IMG/VR virus record: IMGVR_UViG_3300031857_000985
Coordinates: 1-29,678 of that record
DNA length: 29,678 nucleotides
Source of the DNA: a virus
Taxonomy: Duplodnaviria; Caudoviricetes
Reading direction: 5' to 3' (one strand)
Shown here: positions 1-9,097 of the stretch, in pieces
How positions within the stretch are numbered: position 1 is the first letter of the stretch
Layout: each line of letters opens with the position of its first letter
The notes under the pieces: generated by a model
The model's input: only the letters and a program-made list of their open reading frames with translations
Told to the model about the DNA's origin: nothing
Databases searched by the model: none
Program-made: the position numbers and the translations under genes

Positions 1-134
1 GTTTTACCGTATTTCAGGTTAAACTCAGTTTTGTCACCGAATTTATAAACACCAGCCTGACCTGCCGCTTGCCAGTCTTTAATGTCCGCTTTCTGTGTGC
101 CTGCTTTTACTTTAAAGGAAGGCACACTCTCTGA
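1..134. repeat. Inverted repeat copy A (reverse complement of 29545-29678)
   Basis: Positions 1-127 are the exact reverse complement of 29552-29678. There is one mismatch at 128/29551, then 6 more matches. Confidence 0.97.
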
Positions 135-3100
135 TGTACCGAGTTTTAAAGCGGCTTCATCAAGGTCATCTTGAACCATTCGACTTACCTCAGTAACTAG
201 GTTCTCGTAGTTCTCACTTATTTTACCTGCGTTGTCTAGTATTTTAACTAGAGCCTCAGCTTCCTGTTTTGTTGCCTCTCTAATTTTATCCGCCTCTGCT
301 CTAATTCTATCTCCTAGTGGTACTCTCTTTCCTTCTAGTGGTACTCCAATAGGCTCTACCACTACCTCTACAGGTACAGCTTCGGGTTCTGGTTTTAATT
401 CAGGTTGTCCTGCATCAGTCCTTCTAATTAGTTCATCAGACTTGCCTTCTAACTCTTTAAGTATTCTAGTCTTCTCAACGCTAGTAGCCGACTCATACTG
501 TTTCCATAGGTCATCTATTTCCTCAGATAACCGTTCTACCACAGCGTCATCCTTCGGAGCCTTGTCTAGGTTCTCCTCAATTCTATCAAACAACTCATCA
601 GATACCTCATCTAGCTGTTCCACTAATTGGTCAACAGACTCTTCAACGTCATCCTCCTTAAAGAAGCCTTTTGATAACCCTAGAGATACTTCCGTTTTCT
701 CTACCCTAATAGACTCATATTTATCATCTATTAAGTCAAGTATTCTAGACTTCTCAGACTCATTGTTTGCTAGTTTAGCGGACTCATACTGTTCCCACAG
801 GTCACCTATTTCAACTTCAACTACCTGTCTAGTATCTGGTTTTAATGTCTCAGATAGGTCAACTAAGTTACTCTGCTCTACCACTTGGTTAGACTCTAAG
901 GTACTAATTAACTCACCGAACCGAGAAGTTCTAGCAGGAGAATCTATTAAGTTAACTTTATCTACCTTTCCTACTCGGTACTTCTGAGTAATTATCTTTT
1001 TGATAAGTTCCCTTTCATTAGCATTCTTTATCCCGTTGCCTTCTAGGAGTTTGTATAGGTCATCTATAGACAGGTCGGTTAGGTCTTTTCTGTAAGCCTC
1101 ATAAGCAAAACCTATCTTCTGAATTACTTCGTCTTCCAGAGCCTTGTTATCTCTTAGTTTAGCTCCGTCAAACTGCTTCCACAGCTTACTAATCTCTTCC
1201 TCTTTAGCTTTACGGATGGGGTCAACAGGGGAATCCTCTGGTTTTGGTTTTTTTGTTCGTTTTCTTTTAGGTAGAGCATCATCAGATATAGGCTTATCTG
1301 AGACTGCCGGTGGGTTTTTCCCCCTTTTAGCCTTGGGTACACTGTAGTCCTTAGCTTCACTCGTCTGCGTAGCTCGCTGTCTTCGGGTTTTAGCTGACTC
1401 AACTAAGTCATTCTGTACTACAGAGCGCACAGCTTCTACGGTGTCGCCAGTAGCTTCTAACTGTCTAACCGTTTCTTTTTGTTCTTTTCTAACTATAGTC
1501 TCAAGGTTATCCTTTTTAACTATATACTCCTCAAGCATTTCTTTTTGTCTGTTTAGCTCTACAGCCAAGTTTTCTGCCGCCTCTCTAGTAGCCTGCTCTG
1601 CATAGTCTAGGTTAGACTGCATTGCGTTATGGATGTTTGAGTTTGACGGTTCAGTTTGTCTTGTAAGCTTATCTAGCCAGCCTCGTGCCTCAAACTGTTT
1701 TATGTACGGAGGGGCTGGTAGTTTTTGTGGGACATTAGATGTGGTTAAAAGTTTCGGGTTATACACAACCAGAACTGGGTTATCCCCATTCTTTAGAAGA
1801 CCAGCTTGAACGTCACGTTCTTTAAACCCTTCCAAGATAATTTGCTGAAATTCTCTTATCTGCTTCTCAGATGCAGGAGAACCCGCTACGTTATACACGC
1901 TGTCCCGTACAGAGTCCCATGCCTGTCTAAGCTTAACGTTTGTAGTGGACTGTCTGAAAGCATCATCAGCTACGTTTTTCCCAAAGATACTCACTGTTGT
2001 CTGATAGAACAGTTCATCTATGTCTTTAGGCATAGGAGCATCAAGGTCAAACAAACGAGTAACCCTTGAGGTATCTACTGTGTATCTAACCGGAACAGTG
2101 TCCACACTCTCAGGCCTAGGTGGACGGTTAATTTGAGGTAATGCTAGTGCTGCTTGGTCTGCTACATTTTCATTTTTAGTTAAATACACACCTAACCCAT
2201 ACTCAGACGGTGTAGCCCCTTTAAGGATGTCCATGTCTGGAATAGGCACACTAGAGGATGTACCATGATACCACAAAGTCATCTCTGAGTTTTGCTTTGC
2301 GAACTCAGTTGGGGGTAGCTTACCAATTAACCAGTCGTCCATTGAATTAGTAGCCTTTGCTGGGTTAAAACCAGCCCCAGCTAAGTCAGCGTACTGGTCT
2401 GCCTCAGACACTTTGAAGCCCATTTCAGGGACATCCTGCCCACTGTACACCTCATAGGTTCCCAAAGCTTCTTCTACGCTCTGTCTTCCTACAGGCTTGA
2501 TGGTAGGTGCTGTCTCTTCTAATTGGTTTCGGACTACCTTTATCTCATCAACTTCTTGAATTAACTGTTCAACTACGACACGCTGAGAGGTTAAAGCTCT
2601 CTCAACACTAACCATGTCATTCCCCACAATTTTAGCTGTGGTAGAGAAGCTCTCTTGTGTACTAGGTAATTCATTCTCTAGAAGTCTTGTTGTGTAAGCA
2701 GACTCCGCCGGCTCTGCTGCGTGTCTTAGTGATGCCTCATTACGCTTTCTGTAGAGTTCCAGTAGTCTTTCAAGCTTGTCCTCACCTGGAGACACCGTGT
2801 ACTGTTTACTTAGGTCATCTAGTTCTCGGCGTAGGTTAACTAGGACATCAACAGTAGGTAGCCCTTCTTTAATAAGAGCTTTACTGGTATTGTTTAGAAC
2901 AATTTCTCTTACAGTACCATCCTCTAAGGTAACATAGGACGCTCTGGGGTAGTCAGGGTGCATAGTTGTTTGACCATCAAACAGCCTACCTTGTTGTCTA
3001 GCTAGTTCAGCTAACTCTCCCTCACTCAGGGTTCTTTTAAACTCTGGTTCTATAATGCCTTGTCGTCTAGCTAACTCAGTCCCCTCAACGTCACTAAGAG

Positions 3101-5030
3101 GCCTTCTTACTAGGTTCTCAGCAGATGGGGGTACTTCTACTTTTGGTGTAGTTACACCCTCAACCACGGTATCAGACACACGCCGACCAGAAGGGATGTC
3201 TTTAACTTTAACTACTTGACCATCCCCTACTTCTATTTTTGGTAGTTCTGGTTCTGGTGCTGCTGTGTTTAAGTCAGGCACTGCTGGTGCGTCTGGTGGT
3301 GTTTCAGGACGTAGTATAGGTCTGGTGTTTACTCTAACTACTACAGGGTCTCCGACAACAGGGTCAACGTTTGGGGTAGGGACTTCAATAGAGTTACCGG
3401 ACACCACGCTGGTATGAGGTACAGCTTCATCTGCTCCTTTACGGACACCCGGTAAATCTATGTTTGGTACGGTAGCTTGAAGGTCGTCTAGCTGTCTTCC
3501 TAGACTGGTCACATCCCCAACTTTACCTGGAAGCTTCAACAGCCCACCTACTCCTAAGTCAGCTACACCCCCAGTAATTACCTCACCAACCATAGCGGGT
3601 ATAGTCTGGAGAGCTATGTGGATGTTTTTACTAAAAGCCCCACTCTCAGACTGTCCGAATGTCTTAGCTATGTTCTCTGGTAAGTCCCAATAAGGGTTTC
3701 CGGTTCTATCCCCTGCTACTTTTCCTGCTGGTTCCTGTAAGGCTATGTACCGTTCTTCTGACCAACGGTTAGAAACACCCCAGTCACGCCCAGCTAATGC
3801 CCCAAGAGTTCTAGTCCGGTTATCCCATGACTTACTTTTATCTCCACCTAGAGCATCTGCTGTGTCGTAAACCAGACCCATTAAGATATTCTCAGGGAGG
3901 TTAAGCAGGTAGATAAGAGGGGACAACAGGGGGTTCTTACCTGCGTCTCCATAGTAACCCCTAGAGGGGTCAAACACAGACCCATACTGCTCTAGAGTTA
4001 GCTGACCTGTAGGAGTTTCAGCAACAGTATTATTTGTTAGTTGGTCTAGCCCTCCAGTATCTCTCCACTTCTGCCAGCCCTCTTGTTCCCAAGCCTCATT
4101 CTCTCTTCTTTTTTCAGGGGTGATGTCGGTGTTTAAAGGGCTAGAAATTATCCATCCAAGAACACCCTGAGCTAGACCGGGGATTTGGTCAAAGCCGGCA
4201 CCTCCTATTCTGTTGCGTCTGTCTTGGTCTATTAGACTTCTAGAGTATTCGCCAACTTGCTGTAACCAGCCTAGTAACCCCGTAGCTGTGTTCTGTTCTC
4301 TCTTGGGGTCTAACTTGTCTTGAAGGTTTGTACCTATAATAGACCCTAGACCTGTACCAGCTAAGGCGTTGTCTATAGCCGACGTTTTAAATATTCTCTC
4401 TCCACCTCCGGGAGTTACCGAGAAGTCCTGTAAGCCCCCTCTATTCTGTCTTACTATGTGTTCATTAGCCTTTCTCAGGGCTTCTACACGAGACGTAACA
4501 GTGTTTCTACCCGTAACAGGGACATTGGCGAACTGGACTTGGGGAACTTGAATAGACTGTAGAGCCTCTACCATCTCCTCTGGTTGCGCCCGACGCTGTG
4601 TCTCAGCACTCTGTTGGTAGATAGGTTCTAGTGTCGGGGCTGTAAGAATATCCCCAAAGTTAGCGTCTGGTTGTCTCGGCTCCTCTACCTGAAACCCCCC
4701 ATCAGAAGGGAACACAGAAGGAAGAGCCTGTTGCTCCTGTAGAGTTGGGGGTGCCTCCTGTAAACTTGGGGATACAGGTTGCTCCTGTGGAACTGAGGGT
4801 TCTGGTTGCTCCTGTAAACTTGGGGATACAGGTTGTTCTACTACAGGTGCTGCCGCTTCCTCCGGTACAGGAGGAGCAGTAGGCTGTTGTTGTTCTACTA
4901 CAGGTGCAGTAGGTACAGGAAGAGCAGGTTCAGGGGAAGGATAGCCAGCATTACCGATGGTAGGAATGCGTCGTCTTCTAGCCTGCTCTACAAGACTTTC
5001 AGATGTGTTCGGTTTAAGAATATCACCCAT
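1..5030 (-). CDS. Giant internal virion/ejection ('polyvalent'-type) protein, >1676 aa, 3'-truncated by the window edge; contains an ART-like domain
   Basis: Absent from the ORF track because it has no stop. Manual translation from ATG at 5030 (overlapping the upstream gene's TGA) stays open to position 1 (MGDILKPNTSESLVEQARRRR...FNLKYGK). It has a P/Q/E-rich N-terminus and the motif WYHGTS...EYGLGVYLTKNENVA...VLVVYNP at ~1740-2280. It is the last gene of the ejection-protein cluster. Confidence 0.85.
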   Translation of the reverse strand, partial: MGDILKPNTSESLVEQARRRRIPTIGNAGYPSPEPALPVPTAPVVEQQQPTAPPVPEEAAAPVVEQPVSPSLQEQPEPSVPQEQPVSPSLQEAPPTLQEQQALPSVFPSDGGFQVEEPRQPDANFGDILTAPTLEPIYQQSAETQRRAQPEEMVEALQSIQVPQVQFANVPVTGRNTVTSRVEALRKANEHIVRQNRGGLQDFSVTPGGGERIFKTSAIDNALAGTGLGSIIGTNLQDKLDPKREQNTATGLLGWLQQVGEYSRSLIDQDRRNRIGGAGFDQIPGLAQGVLGWIISSPLNTDITPEKRRENEAWEQEGWQKWRDTGGLDQLTNNTVAETPTGQLTLEQYGSVFDPSRGYYGDAGKNPLLSPLIYLLNLPENILMGLVYDTADALGGDKSKSWDNRTRTLGALAGRDWGVSNRWSEERYIALQEPAGKVAGDRTGNPYWDLPENIAKTFGQSESGAFSKNIHIALQTIPAMVGEVITGGVADLGVGGLLKLPGKVGDVTSLGRQLDDLQATVPNIDLPGVRKGADEAVPHTSVVSGNSIEVPTPNVDPVVGDPVVVRVNTRPILRPETPPDAPAVPDLNTAAPEPELPKIEVGDGQVVKVKDIPSGRRVSDTVVEGVTTPKVEVPPSAENLVRRPLSDVEGTELARRQGIIEPEFKRTLSEGELAELARQQGRLFDGQTTMHPDYPRASYVTLEDGTVREIVLNNTSKALIKEGLPTVDVLVNLRRELDDLSKQYTVSPGEDKLERLLELYRKRNEASLRHAAEPAESAYTTRLLENELPSTQESFSTTAKIVGNDMVSVERALTSQRVVVEQLIQEVDEIKVVRNQLEETAPTIKPVGRQSVEEALGTYEVYSGQDVPEMGFKVSEADQYADLAGAGFNPAKATNSMDDWLIGKLPPTEFAKQNSEMTLWYHGTSSSVPIPDMDILKGATPSEYGLGVYLTKNENVADQAALALPQINRPPRPESVDTVPVRYTVDTSRVTRLFDLDAPMPKDIDELFYQTTVSIFGKNVADDAFRQSTTNVKLRQAWDSVRDSVYNVAGSPASEKQIREFQQIILEGFKERDVQAGLLKNGDNPVLVVYNPKLLTTSNVPQKLPAPPYIKQFEARGWLDKLTRQTEPSNSNIHNAMQSNLDYAEQATREAAENLAVELNRQKEMLEEYIVKKDNLETIVRKEQKETVRQLEATGDTVEAVRSVVQNDLVESAKTRRQRATQTSEAKDYSVPKAKRGKNPPAVSDKPISDDALPKRKRTKKPKPEDSPVDPIRKAKEEEISKLWKQFDGAKLRDNKALEDEVIQKIGFAYEAYRKDLTDLSIDDLYKLLEGNGIKNANERELIKKIITQKYRVGKVDKVNLIDSPARTSRFGELISTLESNQVVEQSNLVDLSETLKPDTRQVVEVEIGDLWEQYESAKLANNESEKSRILDLIDDKYESIRVEKTEVSLGLSKGFFKEDDVEESVDQLVEQLDEVSDELFDRIEENLDKAPKDDAVVERLSEEIDDLWKQYESATSVEKTRILKELEGKSDELIRRTDAGQPELKPEPEAVPVEVVVEPIGVPLEGKRVPLGDRIRAEADKIREATKQEAEALVKILDNAGKISENYENLVTEVSRMVQDDLDEAALKLGTSESVPSFKVKAGTQKADIKDWQAAGQAGVYKFGDKTEFNLKYGK

Positions 5031-8000
5031 AATGTACCACAAATGTTCCTTTCTGTTTCATAGCTTGACAAGTGGGGCAACCACCACGAGACTCTTTGTG
5101 TAAGGCTCTACCTGTGTTTTGTCTCATGAAGTGTCCATACTGCCTACCGGCAGCCTGCCCCAACTGGTTTAAATACTGACGTGCTGTCGTCCCGTTAAGC
5201 CCATCTGTTGTAGCTGCCCTCCGTTGGTTATTCATTTTTAGACCAGGGCTTCCTCTCCAGATAGAGAATAGGAGGTCTTCCATTGTCTTAATAGGTTTCC
5301 CTGCCTCTCTCTGCATAGCTAGTAGGTAAGGTCTTACTACTAACCTAACTTGTTGTCCTAGAGATAGTTTTCCTATCTGTTCAGTGGTCATGTTAGCATA
5401 AGCCTTAGCATTTGTAGGGCTTATTTGAATTAACCCATAGTACCCCCATTGGTTTGCTCTTCTAACGTGTGTCCAGTTGCCTGTCTCTACCTGCATTACA
5501 TCAGCTAAGAACACAGCGGGTATCCCTAATTCATCAGCTAAATTAGCCAACTCTTTACGGAACTCAGGGTCATCTTTAAGAACTTTATAACCATAGTCTT
5601 CATCCGGGTTATTTTTACCAGCACCATAGTCCGCTGAGTTGGTACTAAGGAACCCGTTTGTACTAACTACACTAGGCTTGTATCCACTAGACATAGTAGC
5701 TGTTTCGGACTGTGTAGCTTCTCTAACTGTGTTTGTTTTCAAGTCCAAAATTCTACCGTTTGAAAGTAGGTAAGTGTCTTTGGTTAGCTTGAATATATTG
5801 TTAGATGACTGTCCTTGTCTGTTTCTATTATTTGGCGGGTAGTAAGCACCAGTCTTTGTTTGTAGGTACTGTTCGGCAGATGTAGTATTAGGAGATAACA
5901 TACCGTTTTGAAACACAGGGTTAGAACCCCATGTAACTATAGAGAAACTAGAAGGGGACTGCTCTTTAGCTAGAAGCTGTTGGTATAGTGTCCCTTCTGG
6001 AACATACGTTGTTTGTTGTCTGTCCCCAATAAGACCTAAGTGAATGTGAGGGGCTACTGCTGTCCCTGAAATGCCTAGTTGAGTCTCAGTTGTTACTCTC
6101 TCTCCTGGTTTAAGACCAGATAAACCTCCTAAGTGAGTCAGATAGACCATATTGTACGTTTTACCATTGTAGTCAATAGGCTTGTCTAGCTTAATTAGAA
6201 CTGAGTATTGAGGCTGATGACCAGGTTGACTTCTCATTGAGTCTTCCGTGATACGGGTATGTCCCGCCTCTGAGTACACGATACTCCCAGACACAGGGGA
6301 AAACACTGGAGTCCCTTCTGGAACCATAATATCTACCCCTCTGTGGTCACGGTACTTATTCTCTTGCCCCTCTTGAGTAGCATAGTCTTGGTCTAGAGTT
6401 ATTTTTCCTATGTCTCTAATTGGGTTTTTTAGGAAGTCACCTAGTGGTTTAGGTTTACCAGAACCACTACCTACTTTACCTAGAGGAGAGTTTGCTGTAA
6501 CATTGTCTCCTACTTTTCTGTACTGGTTCACAATACCTACGTACCCTTCGTAAACCCCATTGTGTGTTTTTACTATGGTTACAGGCTTTCCATTCTGTGT
6601 CCCGATATAAACTACCTTTCCATCAGACAGAGCATGAACGTTCTGTTTACCAGTAACGTCAAACGTCACAGCATTAGGTATCCCAAAGGAAGTGTCTGGG
6701 GTAGAGGCTATCTGATGGTTACTACCTTTGAAGGGGGTTACAATACCGTTTCGTCTTTCATATTCTCCGTTAGATAAAGGGTAGCTACGATTAGGAGTGT
6801 CGGTCGTACTACCCCCCGAAGGGTTTCTTGGTGCCTCCGCAGGTCTAACTGTCTGGAACTGTTTAAGGAAGTGCTTGTAGGAGTCCACTAATTGTGTGGA
6901 CTGCCTAGTAAACTCTCTTAGAAGATAGGTATTAAGCTTGTTATCAATTTCCTCGTGTCCTTGTCTAGGGGTTGTCCGAGTGTTTTTATAACTCTGCTGT
7001 ATCTGTTTCAGGGCTTCATCGGGGTTGACCCCTTGAGCCAACGTCCTCTCTAACTGGTTTAGGTGAGAGTCCACTTTATCCAGTCCACTGTAAGCCTCAG
7101 CTATCCGTAGTTCTTTAGGGAAATTATTCATTACCCTCACAGTAGCCGGTACTTCTTCCCCTTTATCATCGTACCTACCTGTTCTAGCTCGTCTAGAGGC
7201 GTTGTTTACTGCCCGGTTTCTGATACTTTGAGCATCTCTAGGCTCGGTAATGGTTACTCCCGGTGTTCTGTTCGGGTTCGTGTTTAGTCTTCCTACACCC
7301 TCTTGGTCAGCCTTAGCTTGAACACCAGCCGCCCGTACCTGTAACTCCTCTAGGTAGCCCTTATTTGCTGGGTTAGTAACATCTAACCCGAAACTCATCC
7401 ACTTACTCTGTAATTCTACCTGTTGAGACTTGAGGGCATCCATCTGCTTAAGGATACTCTCTCTCTCTTCTTTTAAGGCTGTCGGTGATGGAGAACCCGA
7501 TACATCTACGAAACCACCACCAGTGCCTAACTCAGGATTCGGGGGAACTAATGTTCTTCGCTGTCCTAGAGTTTCAGGCTCTACCTTCGGGGTTAAGGCA
7601 TAAGCCTTCTGTTCTAATGCTAGGAGTTGCTTTCCTAGGTCTGTGTAGCTCTGTCTATCCGCAGCAAAGCTATCAGCTAACTCAGGGATGTTCTGTAAGT
7701 GAACTGGGTACTGGTTTCTATTATTTTTAATATGGGCTACATAGGCTAGAGTACCGGGGTCACGGTTAACGAAGGAGTATAAGACAGACCCTGTAGATGC
7801 GCCTATAGCGGACTTACCCATAATAGAGTTCGGGTCAATAGGGCTATCGTTGGAATTAAGCAGTGCTTCTAGGTTTTTAGCTTGCTCTAGCTGTGTTATC
7901 TGCCGCTCCGTAATTTTAGAGGGGGTAACTTCAAGTCTATCAACGTAGGAAGGAATACCTAAACCTATCCCCTTCTGTTCAATTAGAGTAGCTACTTCTG

Positions 8001-9072
8001 CCTGAGTAAACGGTTGTCCAGTATTGGGGTTAACTACTTGTTGTTGTTGAGCTAACCACATCCCTTGGGCGTACTCAGATAGTTCCTTGTACTTACCGGC
8101 TGTACTAAAGCTAGACGCACGTGACCCGTACATCTTCTCTAGTCTGGTGGCTAAGTCAGCATAGATGGGGTTAACCACCTTCATCATGTAGGTAGCGTCC
8201 ATAGGTTTCCCCGTACGCTCTTCTACAGACTTTTTCCAGGCAGCTACTCCTTCTTCTAGTTTGGCTACAGCGGCATTAGGGTCAACTCCATTCTCAATAT
8301 CTGCAAATGCAGCGGCACCGTAGTTAATACGGATGTACGCTATGTCAGTGTCAACTTGCTGGGCTTCATACTCTTTTTGTTGCTGAACAGCCTGAGTTGT
8401 TTGGTTCTGTTGAATGTCCCCAAAGTGACTCCTGTAGTATGTTCTAACCTGTACCTGGTCTTCTGGGGTTAGACCTTTAAACACATCTGACTGGAACAAG
8501 GCTTCTAGTTGAGTTTGTGCTTTATTCACGCCCTCAGTGTACCCGTAGTCTCTAATAAAGCCTTGTGTTTGGGTCACCATCTGGTCAATGGTTCCAATTA
8601 GTGCTGCCTTAGTAGCCTCAGACTGTTGTTTAGCCGCCTCTATCTCAGCTTTTTGTTGTGCTGCTGCCTGTCTAGCTTCTGCATCTTGTTGACTTGCTGC
8701 ATACGCTCGTTCGGCTTGTGTAGCTTTAAGGTCTAGTTCCTTACCTACAAGGTCAGCTTCCTGAAAACTACTATAAGCCTCTAGTAATGTTTTACTAATA
8801 TCGGCTAATGCAGACCCTATACCACCAGACGCACCATTCTTCTCAGCCTCCAATTGGGCTTTTTTCATTCTGTAGTTATAGTCTGCTGAACGAGCCTCGT
8901 CGTTGGCTTGTATAGTCTGCATTACATTGGCGTACCCAGTCATTACATTAGACTGAATACTCTCTAGGTGCTTACCGACGTTTTGACTTAGAGAAGCTGG
9001 GTCTGGGAGAGACACCGTATGCAACTGCTTCTCCGGGTCTAGTAAGCTACCTATATTTCTACTACTCGCCAT
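5023..9072 (-). CDS. Internal virion/ejection protein with peptidoglycan hydrolase domains (degenerate M23, intact M23 peptidase, lytic transglycosylase-like)
   Basis: M23 Zn ligands HRGVD...YLTHL...PHIHLG; an upstream M23-like repeat lacking them; C-terminal LADELGIPAVFLADVMQVETG...YGLIQI (SLT-like E and GLxQ motifs); long helical N-terminus; AGGAG RBS. Confidence 0.85.
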   Translation of the reverse strand: MASSRNIGSLLDPEKQLHTVSLPDPASLSQNVGKHLESIQSNVMTGYANVMQTIQANDEARSADYNYRMKKAQLEAEKNGASGGIGSALADISKTLLEAYSSFQEADLVGKELDLKATQAERAYAASQQDAEARQAAAQQKAEIEAAKQQSEATKAALIGTIDQMVTQTQGFIRDYGYTEGVNKAQTQLEALFQSDVFKGLTPEDQVQVRTYYRSHFGDIQQNQTTQAVQQQKEYEAQQVDTDIAYIRINYGAAAFADIENGVDPNAAVAKLEEGVAAWKKSVEERTGKPMDATYMMKVVNPIYADLATRLEKMYGSRASSFSTAGKYKELSEYAQGMWLAQQQQVVNPNTGQPFTQAEVATLIEQKGIGLGIPSYVDRLEVTPSKITERQITQLEQAKNLEALLNSNDSPIDPNSIMGKSAIGASTGSVLYSFVNRDPGTLAYVAHIKNNRNQYPVHLQNIPELADSFAADRQSYTDLGKQLLALEQKAYALTPKVEPETLGQRRTLVPPNPELGTGGGFVDVSGSPSPTALKEERESILKQMDALKSQQVELQSKWMSFGLDVTNPANKGYLEELQVRAAGVQAKADQEGVGRLNTNPNRTPGVTITEPRDAQSIRNRAVNNASRRARTGRYDDKGEEVPATVRVMNNFPKELRIAEAYSGLDKVDSHLNQLERTLAQGVNPDEALKQIQQSYKNTRTTPRQGHEEIDNKLNTYLLREFTRQSTQLVDSYKHFLKQFQTVRPAEAPRNPSGGSTTDTPNRSYPLSNGEYERRNGIVTPFKGSNHQIASTPDTSFGIPNAVTFDVTGKQNVHALSDGKVVYIGTQNGKPVTIVKTHNGVYEGYVGIVNQYRKVGDNVTANSPLGKVGSGSGKPKPLGDFLKNPIRDIGKITLDQDYATQEGQENKYRDHRGVDIMVPEGTPVFSPVSGSIVYSEAGHTRITEDSMRSQPGHQPQYSVLIKLDKPIDYNGKTYNMVYLTHLGGLSGLKPGERVTTETQLGISGTAVAPHIHLGLIGDRQQTTYVPEGTLYQQLLAKEQSPSSFSIVTWGSNPVFQNGMLSPNTTSAEQYLQTKTGAYYPPNNRNRQGQSSNNIFKLTKDTYLLSNGRILDLKTNTVREATQSETATMSSGYKPSVVSTNGFLSTNSADYGAGKNNPDEDYGYKVLKDDPEFRKELANLADELGIPAVFLADVMQVETGNWTHVRRANQWGYYGLIQISPTNAKAYANMTTEQIGKLSLGQQVRLVVRPYLLAMQREAGKPIKTMEDLLFSIWRGSPGLKMNNQRRAATTDGLNGTTARQYLNQLGQAAGRQYGHFMRQNTGRALHKESRGGCPTCQAMKQKGTFVVHYG

Positions 9073-9097
9073 GCTGTTTTATCTCCTACTGTGCTGT

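Noticed and set aside
1-134. True inverted terminal repeats of a linear, protein-primed genome or a transposon
   Set aside because: ORFs run off both ends in frame, replication genes are missing, no transposase is present, and the 127-nt perfect length fits an assembly break.
232-4551. ORF-track calls 232-987, 1144-1347, 1154-1402, 1806-2069 and 4369-4551 (also 4833-5063)
   Set aside because: Antisense or out-of-frame shadows of the continuous minus-strand ORF 5030 to <1.
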